NCBI GenBank assembly: GCA_965218095.1
Contig: OZ244587.1
Coordinates: forward strand, 1,280,001-1,344,000
Direction of reading: 5' to 3'
Source: Candidatus Poribacteria bacterium
Lineage (GTDB): Bacteria; Poribacteria; WGA-4E; PCPOR2b
DNA: 64,000 bases
This document shows, in pieces, positions 18,620 through 26,471 of this stretch. A model generated the notes under the pieces. That model was not told where the DNA came from. It made no database searches and worked only from the letters and a program-made list of their open reading frames with translations. Numbering within the stretch: the first letter of the stretch is position 1; each line of letters opens with the position of its first letter. The position numbers and the translations under genes are program-made.

Positions 18620-20503
18620 TTATTTGGGTTCGATTTTAAGAATTTTTGCTTCAAAGAGATTGAGAGTAGGAGCAAGCTGCAGATCACGTTCAGCCTCATG
18701 CTGAAGCATCATTGGTGTTGTTTCCTGTGTCCTCCTCTTGGGAGAAGCCGTTGTGTTGATATCAGGAGTCGCGCTCGAAGCAACAAAGTTAATTTGAACG
18801 GGACGCCCAAGCAAATCGGTAAGTATCTCCCTGAACAAAGCCTTTTCATCATCATCAATTAACTCCGTATAGGCGGGAGGACAAGCAATTTTCAGTTCCA
18901 GACTGGCTGACGAAGCTGTTCCTCCTTCGTTATCCGGTGACAGGGTCGCGTTCTTCAAGTATCTGTTTAATATCGTTTTCCCTTTGTTTTGAAGCCTTTC
19001 TAAGAATTTTTCCCAAACCTTCGCCAGCTCATTTGAATCACGAATCAGGTTCTGTACATCTGAGGGACCCGACCTGAAGCGGGCATCACTCTCACGATTT
19101 TTGTTTATATCGACGCCGGCAGAAATTTGCTCAGACCCGGTACGATTGCCCGAAGATGGGTTTGCTGCATGCGCGAAGGTTTGATGTGGCGCTAATTCTG
19201 AATCTGTGTTGGCTTCTGAAATCGAAGCAGAAGCAGATGGTCTCGGTGGAAGCGTCTGTTCATCCACAGTTGATTCGGAAGCCACCGGGAGCGCTTGGGA
19301 TAGAAATTGTCTGCCTGGAGCATCGCTCCTGTCAATCTTGTCCTCAATCTCCGATAGTCGTTTCAAAATCCTGGTAAGCTGGATGCCTTCCTGGATTGAG
19401 CAGGCGTCAATCAGAGCGGATTCAAACTGGATTTGTGCATAACCATGCTGCTTAATTTCGCTGCTTGTTCGCATCAGGATTTTGATAATTCTTGATAAAC
19501 GCTCTGGGGAAGCAAGGTTCGCTTTCTCCTTCATCAATTGCAGTTCTGACCTGGAACTCTGGATTAAATTCTCTAAGTTCGACCCAATGGCTAAGAGCCT
19601 CAAGTTTCTGAAGCAGGTAATCAGTTGATGAAGGCATTGCGTCAAGTCTGTCCCATTTTTTACTAACTGGTCAAGCGCCTGGAGCGACTTCGGCAGATTA
19701 CATTGCAAAATCGCATCAATCAGTTCACTTGTCAGATGACTTGAACCAAACCCCAGGATCTGGTTAATTTGCTCCAAATTGAGGTTCTTCCCTGGTGACG
19801 CGGTTAGTCGTTCTAACAAGTTCTCTGCGTCCCTCAGACAACCTTCTGATTCCTGTGCGATCAGAGATAGTCCCTGTGCATCAATGTCGACATCTTCTGC
19901 CTCACAGATGGCTTGCAGACGGACTGTGATTTGATTTTGCTCCATGTAGCGAAAATCAAAATCTTGACAGCGCGATATGATTGTCTTAGGGACTTTGTGG
20001 CGTTCGGTTGTCGCGAGGATGAAAATGACGTGCGGCGGGGGTTCCTCAAGCGTTTTCAAAAGGGCATTAAACGCCTCTTGAGTCAGCATGTGGGCTTCAT
20101 CAATGATGTAGATTTTATAACGGCAGGAAGCTGGGGCGAGTCTGGTATTCTCGCGCAATTCGCGGATGGGGTCGATACCTCGATTAGAGGCAGCGTCCAT
20201 TTCAATGACATCAAAAGATTGCCCCTGAGAGATTTCCAGACAGAATTGGCAACCATTGCAAGGTTCAGCCGTCAATTCTTGGCTAAACTCAGTTTCTCGG
20301 TAACGGTCGGGACAATTGACTGCTTTCGCAAGAATGCGGGCGACTGTTGTCTTCCCGGTTCCTCTTGGTCCCCAGAACAGATAGGCATGCCCAATCCGAT
20401 CGGATAAGATTTGATTTTTCAGGGTTGTTATCACATGCGTTTGCCCAACGACATCTTGGAACGATTGGGGACGCCATTTCTGCGCTAAAACCTCATAAGA
20501 CAT
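18620..20503 (-). CDS. dnaX: DNA polymerase III subunit gamma/tau
   Basis: KWRPQSF, GPRGTGKTT, DAASNRG, IDEAHML, LKTLEEPP, SRC. Confidence 0.97.
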   Translation of the reverse strand: MSYEVLAQKWRPQSFQDVVGQTHVITTLKNQILSDRIGHAYLFWGPRGTGKTTVARILAKAVNCPDRYRETEFSQELTAEPCNGCQFCLEISQGQSFDVIEMDAASNRGIDPIRELRENTRLAPASCRYKIYIIDEAHMLTQEAFNALLKTLEEPPPHVIFILATTERHKVPKTIISRCQDFDFRYMEQNQITVRLQAICEAEDVDIDAQGLSLIAQESEGCLRDAENLLERLTASPGKNLNLEQINQILGFGSSHLTSELIDAILQCNLPKSLQALDQLVKNGTDLTQCLHQLITCFRNLRLLAIGSNLENLIQSSRSELQLMKEKANLASPERLSRIIKILMRTSSEIKQHGYAQIQFESALIDACSIQEGIQLTRILKRLSEIEDKIDRSDAPGRQFLSQALPVASESTVDEQTLPPRPSASASISEANTDSELAPHQTFAHAANPSSGNRTGSEQISAGVDINKNRESDARFRSGPSDVQNLIRDSNELAKVWEKFLERLQNKGKTILNRYLKNATLSPDNEGGTASSASLELKIACPPAYTELIDDDEKALFREILTDLLGRPVQINFVASSATPDINTTASPKRRTQETTPMMLQHEAERDLQLAPTLNLFEAKILKIEPK

Positions 20504-20591
20504 AATTTCCCCCATCAGGCGAGGCAGGGCTGATTAAAAACACTCAAGTACTGTAGCTGATGAAAGAGAAAGGGGACGGGGATGGAAAATC

Positions 20592-20866
20592 CTGGCTATG
20601 CACCTAAAGCTTGACGAGTTCCCCTAAGCGTTACCCAAGCAGTTAACTCCAACTAGGCTTCCCTGCGTCACACTCTCAGCTTATCTACCGCTGCTTCTTT
20701 CCAGACCTGACGGGGTTTGATAATTTCAAGTTGCTCAGGACCCAATCTTCATCGCCACTTACTTGGGCCAGTCCTCAAGAGAAGATCACCGCACAATAGG
20801 AATTCAGCCCTGCTATAGCGGATTGCAGGTTCAGGGCACCGCTACCTCCCCGCTTAGCATAGCCAA
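20592..20866 (-). ncRNA. ffs: Signal recognition particle RNA, large (Alu-containing) type
   Basis: 5' GGCTATGC pairs with 3' GCATAGCC; Alu part GCGGGGAGGTAGCGGTGCCCTGAACCTGCAATCCGCT; helix 8 TCAGGTCTGGAAAGAAGCAGC; upstream of dnaX. Confidence 0.93.
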
Positions 20867-20885
20867 GTCTTGATAGAGGTGATGG

Positions 20886-20976
20886 TGGCGGAGAGAGTGG
20901 GATTCGAACCCACGGTACGGTTTCCCGCACACATGATTTCCAGTCATGCCAGTTCAACCAACTCCTGCATCTCTCC
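20886..20976 (-). tRNA. tRNA-Ser(GGA)
   Basis: Cloverleaf, anticodon loop CT-GGA-AA, long variable arm, G73 plus CCA. Confidence 0.97.
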
Positions 20977-21082
20977 GAAAAATCAGAATAACAAAAATCG
21001 CCGCTGTCACTGCGTAGGAGCAAGTCTTTCCTATGCTATTCTAAAAGTCCACAAAATCATTGACGATCAGAAAAATATATGA

Positions 21083-21155
21083 TGGAGCAGACGGGATTTG
21101 AACCCGTGACCTCATCCGTGCGAGGGATGCGCTCTCCCAACTGAGCCACTGCCCC
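21083..21155 (-). tRNA. tRNA-Ala(CGC)
   Basis: G3:U70 pair, loop CT-CGC-AC, A73; CCA not encoded. Confidence 0.96.
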
Positions 21156-21161
21156 ATAAGG

Positions 21162-21248
21162 CGGAGAGAGTGGGATTCGAACCCACGGTGACTTACGCCA
21201 CAGCAGTTTTCGAGACTGCCCGATTAAACCTAACTCTCGCATCTCTCC
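21162..21248 (-). tRNA. tRNA-Ser(CGA)
   Basis: Loop CT-CGA-AA, long variable arm, G73 followed by CCT. Confidence 0.96.
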
Positions 21249-21254
21249 GAAAGT

Positions 21255-21704
21255 TTAGATTCGCCGATCGCGGAAAAAAGATTTGAGTAGATGGCTGCTC
21301 TCCTCCGCTAGAACGCCTTGCGTGACCTCCACCTGGTGATTGAGCCGTTTGTCCTGCAACAGATTGAACAACGTTCCCGCAGCCCCAGCCTTTGGATCTG
21401 AAGTTGCGTAAACAACCCGAGGGATGCGAGCCAAGACAATCGCCCCACAACACATCGGACATGGTTCCAAAGTCACATAAAGCGTCGTATTTGTCAAACG
21501 CCAATCACCGATAGATGAAGCAGCCAATCGAATCGCAATCAGTTCTGCGTGGGCAGTTGGATCCCCGGTCTGCTCCCGCTGGTTGTGGGCGCGAGCAAGG
21601 GCAATGCCATCCTTAACGATAATCGCTCCAACGGGAACTTCACCGAGTGAAGCGCCTTTACGCGCGATTTCAAGGGCTTCGCGCATCCAGAACTGATCTG
21701 ACAT
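21255..21704 (-). CDS. tadA: tRNA adenosine(34) deaminase
   Basis: GEVPVGA, DPTAHAE, TLEPCPMC, DPKAGA, LNH, FF.RR. Confidence 0.95.
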   Translation of the reverse strand: MSDQFWMREALEIARKGASLGEVPVGAIIVKDGIALARAHNQREQTGDPTAHAELIAIRLAASSIGDWRLTNTTLYVTLEPCPMCCGAIVLARIPRVVYATSDPKAGAAGTLFNLLQDKRLNHQVEVTQGVLAEESSHLLKSFFRDRRI

Positions 21705-21742
21705 ATACAGAAAATCAAAAAGGGGCAATCGCCCCAATGAGC

Positions 21743-21778
21743 GTTTTCAGTCCCGCCACAAAACCACGGGACTGAAAA
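21743..21778. repeat. Inverted-repeat hairpin between tRNA-Arg and tadA
   Basis: ttttcagtcccg...cgggactgaaaa. Confidence 0.6.
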
Positions 21779-21791
21779 GGATATTTCTTTA

Positions 21792-21865
21792 AGCGCCTGA
21801 GAGGATTCGAACCCCCGACCTTCTGATCCGTAGTCAGATGCTCTATTCCACTGAGCTACAGGCGC
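21792..21865 (-). tRNA. tRNA-Arg(ACG)
   Basis: GCGCCTG/CAGGCGC acceptor stem, loop CT-ACG-GA; CCA not encoded. Confidence 0.96.
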
Positions 21866-21886
21866 ATCAAAAGGCGCATCAAAAAA

Positions 21887-21974
21887 TGGCGGAGAGGGTG
21901 GGATTCGAACCCACGATGGCTTGCGCCATAACTGCTTAGCAGGCAGCCCAGTTCAACCACTCCTGCACCTCTCC
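21887..21974 (-). tRNA. tRNA-Ser(GCT)
   Basis: Loop CT-GCT-AA, long variable arm, GCCA end. Confidence 0.97.
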
Positions 21975-21986
21975 GTATAGTTGTAA

Positions 21987-22074
21987 TGGCGGTGGGAGTA
22001 GGATTCGAACCCACGGTGGCTTGCGCCACAACGGTTTTCAAGACCGCCGCTTTCGACCACTCAGCCATCCCACC
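21987..22074 (-). tRNA. tRNA-Ser(TGA)
   Basis: Loop CT-TGA-AA, long variable arm, GCCA end. Confidence 0.97.
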
Positions 22075-22088
22075 AAAAAAGTGTCTTT

Positions 22089-22117
22089 ATTGTACCAAAA
22101 AAAAGGGCTGTTGTCAA
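22089..22117 (-). promoter_or_regulatory. Sigma70 promoter of the tRNA cluster
   Basis: TTGACA-N17-TACAAT 14 nt upstream of tRNA-Ser(TGA). Confidence 0.85.
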
Positions 22118-22331
22118 GAACCATTGAACGCCTTTAGAAATTCCTCATCTGATGAATTTTTCTTGCGGCGCTTCCCAATCAAATGCTGCAGTTCAAAAGA
22201 CAGCGTTTTGAACGATTTGATCCCCATGAACCGCTGAAGAGGGCAATTTTGGGCATAGCTTTTCTACTGCAACATATCTCTGATTAATACACAATTGGCA
22301 AAAAACACAACAAAAAATTCCAAAGCGGTAC

Positions 22332-22360
22332 TTGACGACTTGTCAAAGACATGCTATCAT
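22332..22360 (+). promoter_or_regulatory. Sigma70 promoter of the phyH-phyH-M24 cluster
   Basis: TTGACG-N17-TATCAT with TG extension; -35 lies in the inverted repeat TTGAC-N5-GTCAA. Confidence 0.65.
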
Positions 22361-22441
22361 TCGTGAGGTTGAATCAGATATTCATCTTTCTTTTCTTCCA
22401 AAGCGCAATCTCAAATTCCTAAATCTCAAGGAGATACAATA

Positions 22442-23284
22442 ATGACATCAACACAACTCAATGACCAGCAGATGGCATTCTTCGACACGTTTGGCTTCTT
22501 GTACTTTCCCGGGCTGCTAGCTGATTGCGCCAACAAAATCGTTGATGAGTTTGAATCCATCTGGGCAACCCACGGCGGTGGGCACCACGGCAAGCTGCAT
22601 GACGGGGTGAGTCGTTCCTGCATCTTTCCGTTCCCCGATCAGAGTGAGTTCCTCAGTTCCCTGCTGGACAACCCGCGCATCCACGACATCGCTGCCAGCA
22701 TCTGTGGCGACGACTTCAATTACACGGGCGGCGATGGCAACTTCTACGCCGGCGATACCCGCTGGCACTCCGATGGCTACGACAGAAACCGGCTGATGAG
22801 TATCAAGATCGCTTTCTACCTCGATCCACTGACGGGCGACACCGGCGCCCTGCGCGTCATTCCTGGCAGCCATCGCGTTGGGGACGCTTATGCCGACGCC
22901 GTTGAACGCAACATCCGAGAAAGCGGAAAGATCTGGGGCTTGCCCGGCAGCAAAATTCCCGCCCTAGTCCTGGAGACAACACCTGGCGACATCGTCGTCT
23001 TCAACCACAACCTCAAGCACGCTGCTTTTGGCGGGGCAATGCGCAGACGGATGTACACGATGAACTTCTGCTGTCGATATCCCGAGGATCGACTTGAGGA
23101 GTTGCGCGAAAAACTGGGCAGGTTGGCGCGATTTTGGATCGATCGCATCCACGGTGAAGCGATGATTCACACCGCTGGGCCAGAGCGGATGGTACACCTG
23201 AAGCAGGTCATGGAAAATGACACACATCTCGCTGCGTTACACCAGCAGTTCAAAAAGACGATGGAAGAACCGTCGCGGGGTTGA
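22442..23284 (+). CDS. PhyH-family Fe(II)/2-oxoglutarate dioxygenase
   Basis: FFDTFGFL, WHSD, GALRVIPGSH, PGDIVVF...LKH...RR. Confidence 0.9.
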   Translation: MTSTQLNDQQMAFFDTFGFLYFPGLLADCANKIVDEFESIWATHGGGHHGKLHDGVSRSCIFPFPDQSEFLSSLLDNPRIHDIAASICGDDFNYTGGDGNFYAGDTRWHSDGYDRNRLMSIKIAFYLDPLTGDTGALRVIPGSHRVGDAYADAVERNIRESGKIWGLPGSKIPALVLETTPGDIVVFNHNLKHAAFGGAMRRRMYTMNFCCRYPEDRLEELREKLGRLARFWIDRIHGEAMIHTAGPERMVHLKQVMENDTHLAALHQQFKKTMEEPSRG

Positions 23285-23312
23285 CGACGGCTCTGCGAAA
23301 AGGAGCAAAACA

Positions 23313-24011
23313 GTGGATCTAAATGAAGCCAAAGTGCATTTAGCTGATGAAGGCTACTGTCTGTTAGAAGATCAGTTCGATCCATGTGAAGCGGAACGCC
23401 TTGATGCGATAGCACGCCGTTTCATGGAACATCAGGAAGGATATATCAGTATGGAGGGGGCGCTCAATCAAATCCCAGAGCTTGCACCGCTGTGCATCCA
23501 TCCCCCCATCCTTGAGCTCGCGGAAGCGGTGCTTGGGGAGAATTTTATCCAGGCAAACAATGTCGCTATGAAGTGGTGTAAACCCGGCGCAAAGGCCGGA
23601 GGCTTACATGCGGACTGGCCGTTATGGGATGTGCCGCAGCCGTGGGCTCAGTTTCCCACGGGATTTCAGATCTTTTGGATGCTCACAGACTTCACGCCCG
23701 AGAACGGCACCACCGTGGTTGTGCCTTTTAGCCACCACACACGACGTCCCCCGACACCCAACCGAACCTATCCACAGGAAATACCAATTGTTGGGAAAGA
23801 GGGATCAGTATTGCTCTTCCACAACGGGATTTGGCATCGGAGCGGCGCGGATACAACCCATGACCGGCATCACATGGCGGCCAACATCTTCTATCTCCCC
23901 TGGTTTGTCAACAGGCCGAAAGAAACCTGGCCGCTGGTGAAGCGTGAGATCTACGACACATTCCCTTCTCGGTTGCAGGAATTGCTGGTGCGTTCCGTTG
24001 AGGCGAATTAA
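23313..24011 (+). CDS. PhyH-family Fe(II)/2-oxoglutarate dioxygenase
   Basis: LHAD, LTDFTPENGTT.VVP.SH, WHRSG; GTG start after AAGGAG. Confidence 0.9.
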   Translation: MDLNEAKVHLADEGYCLLEDQFDPCEAERLDAIARRFMEHQEGYISMEGALNQIPELAPLCIHPPILELAEAVLGENFIQANNVAMKWCKPGAKAGGLHADWPLWDVPQPWAQFPTGFQIFWMLTDFTPENGTTVVVPFSHHTRRPPTPNRTYPQEIPIVGKEGSVLLFHNGIWHRSGADTTHDRHHMAANIFYLPWFVNRPKETWPLVKREIYDTFPSRLQELLVRSVEAN

Positions 24012-24055
24012 CGAACAAACGCTCATGTAGACAGGCTTCTGAAAGGAGTGACACT

Positions 24056-25315
24056 ATGCTTTTCAACAAAGCCCGGGCAATGGAGTACATGCGTCGCTGC
24101 AGTGTAGATGTGCTAGTAGCGACCTCGCCGGTCAACATTACCTATTTTTCGGATTATCTCTGCTGGATTGATCCGCTATTCAAAGGATATATGATGGTAC
24201 CGGGCGCATCAAGCGACCTCGATTCGACCGGTGCATACGCGGTCTTCCCGCTGGAAGGTGAACCGGCGCTCGTCGTCAATCCGGCGTTTGCAGTAAATGC
24301 CTCCGAGCTATGGGTGCGTGACCTGCATATCTTCGGCGGCCCCGGCTTGGACGACTCGCTGCCGCCTGCCACGTTGTCCGACGCAGAGCAGCGCATCTTT
24401 GATCTGCTCGATGCGTCGCAGTCGAATGCAACGCCAACTGACGCGTTTTTGAGCATCCTGAAGGCGCGGGGGCTGATTGACGCTCGGATCGGACTGGAGA
24501 TGGAAGGGTTGTCACTGGCATCGAGGGCGACAATTGAGGGGGCGTTGCCGAGAGCGACGATTAAGGACTGCTCGAATCTCATTCGCCTCATTCGGATGGT
24601 CAAAACCGAAGATGAACTGTCGCGACTGACCCGCGCTGCCGAAATCAGCGAGGGGGCAGCCTTGGAAGGCCTGGATCTGGCTCGGCCGGGTCACCCGATC
24701 GCCGATGTCGTCCAACACTACCGTGCGCGGATAGCCGAGCACGGGGCAAATTTCGATCACTTTGCATTCGGCATACGGGGTCTAGGCCTCGCCACGGAGC
24801 CGAACTACCTCCTGACTGATGACGATCTGCTCTACGTGGATTATGGCTGCATTTATCAGGGGTGCTTCTCGGATAGCGGCACGACGTTGACGATGCGCGA
24901 ACCGTCGGCGACGCTGCTCGATAGGCACGCGGCGTTGCGTGAGTGTGTTACAGCAGGGGTGGACGCAATTCGGCCGGGAGCGAAAGCATCGGAGGTTCAA
25001 GCCGCCATGTGGGGTGCCCTTAGTGCGCACGGCATCACAGCCTCGTTTCCTCATGGACATGGTTTGGGGCTGGAAGTTCGCGATTACCCAATCATCGTTG
25101 CTGACAACGGGCTCCGCATCCGTGATGGTTGCGTGGACGTACCATCAGACCTGCTGCTCGAAACGGACATGGTCATCAATCTGGAGGCGATGATCTCCCT
25201 GCCAGGCGTCGGCTCGCTGCATATTGAGGTTTCGTTCGTCATTACAGCAGATGGCAGTCGCCCGCTCGTGCCGCAGGATCGAACACGTCCTGTGCAACCG
25301 TCTGCGCCAAACTAG
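24056..25315 (+). CDS. M24-family (Xaa-Pro peptidase / creatinase-like) hydrolase
   Basis: Creatinase-like N-domain, RMVKTEDE, VDYG...SD, GHGLGL, NLE, HIE. Confidence 0.88.
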   Translation: MLFNKARAMEYMRRCSVDVLVATSPVNITYFSDYLCWIDPLFKGYMMVPGASSDLDSTGAYAVFPLEGEPALVVNPAFAVNASELWVRDLHIFGGPGLDDSLPPATLSDAEQRIFDLLDASQSNATPTDAFLSILKARGLIDARIGLEMEGLSLASRATIEGALPRATIKDCSNLIRLIRMVKTEDELSRLTRAAEISEGAALEGLDLARPGHPIADVVQHYRARIAEHGANFDHFAFGIRGLGLATEPNYLLTDDDLLYVDYGCIYQGCFSDSGTTLTMREPSATLLDRHAALRECVTAGVDAIRPGAKASEVQAAMWGALSAHGITASFPHGHGLGLEVRDYPIIVADNGLRIRDGCVDVPSDLLLETDMVINLEAMISLPGVGSLHIEVSFVITADGSRPLVPQDRTRPVQPSAPN

Positions 25316-25375
25316 GGCTGCTCAGCGGAAATAATTCCACAGTGCACCAAGTCACTAGCGTTGTCCTCGCCTCCG

Positions 25376-26082
25376 TTAATACACGATAACCAGATGTCGA
25401 ATCTTCTCCAGTGTTTTCTCCCCGATACCTTTGACATTCGTGAGATCATCGACGCTAGAAAATCCGCCGTAGGTTTCGCGGTACTCAATAATGCGTCGTG
25501 CCATCGCGGGACCAATGCGAGGAAGCGTTTGCAACTGTTCCGATGTCGCGGTGTTAAGGTTGATGAGCGGGCTATCCGTTAACGTGGGCGCGGGTACCAA
25601 AGTTGAAGGGGAAGCACAGGAGGAGCGGAGGAGGCAGGATTGATGTGTGGATTCGTCCGCTGCACATCGCTGGCAGGAGATATAGCTTGGGGAATTTCTG
25701 GGACGTAGATCTGCTGCTCATCGCGGACCTTAGCAGCGAGATTCAGACGGTGAACATCAGCCTGATCTGTTCCCCCACCCGCCTTTTCGATGGCATCTTG
25801 TACACGCACACCGGGAGAAAGGCGATAAACCCCCGGCGATTGCACTGCGCCTGTCACATGGACAACGATTTCTGGCAGTGGGGACAGTTGTTGTGATTTC
25901 GGCGCGGATTTTGTCGGTTGGCTTGGTGAGAGGTGATCTGCCTCCGCACCAACGACGAGATCTGGCTCACCGAGAAAAAGCGCCGGGCGAAAATGCTTTA
26001 GGATCCAATATCCACTTCCTGCCAATATCACAACGATCAGGAAAATGAGGACTTTTTGATATTGTTGGTCGAGGGTGTTCAT
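25376..26082 (-). pseudogene. comEA: Competence protein ComEA, frameshifted in the linker at about 25600-25625
   Basis: TM plus SLBB ([25 protein letters not shown]) in one frame; HhH ([19 protein letters not shown]...VKGIGEKTL) in another. Confidence 0.85.
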
Positions 26083-26167
26083 TGATTTTGAGGAGAAAAA
26101 AAGAGGATTCGGAAATTCCTACGGTCTACAGAAGGTTCCAAAAAAATTGCTTATGTTGGCAGAACGA

Positions 26168-26196
26168 AGTATAATCTGAGTTAGTAAAGTTGTCAA
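26168..26196 (-). promoter_or_regulatory. Sigma70 promoter of comEA
   Basis: TTGACA-N17-TATACT. Confidence 0.75.
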
Positions 26197-26471
26197 GGAG
26201 TTTTACCGAAGGGAGTTCGGCAACATTTTGAGACTGTTGCATAGACCGACCCCCGATTTGACGGGGATCCATGCAGGAGAGAAAGTAAAACCGGGGGTTC
26301 CCTCCCAAGTTGACATCGGGCGCAAAGCCGCGTCCGGCTTGACACGTTGTCGGGGCAATTTTGCCCTGGATGTGGCAAATTTTCGTGTCAACCTGAAGGT
26401 TCAAACCTCCATGAATGCTGGTCGCGGATGCAACGGTCTCCATTTTTTGGTCGGTTGCCATTGAAAGTTGC

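Noticed and set aside
18620-20503. Programmed -1 frameshift producing the gamma subunit of DnaX
   Set aside because: No in-frame A AAA AAG or long A-run seen after domain III
20886-22074. CRISPR-like repeats or an integrated element at the tRNAs
   Set aside because: The repeats are shared tRNA-Ser T-arm sequences; no integrase, cas gene or att duplication seen
20775-22237. Small ORFs over the tRNA/SRP cluster
   Set aside because: They overlap structural RNA genes and are spurious translations
26290-26370. c-di-GMP-I riboswitch (GGGCGCAAAGCC)
   Set aside because: No P1 GNRA stem or matching P2 seen, and it faces away from any downstream gene start
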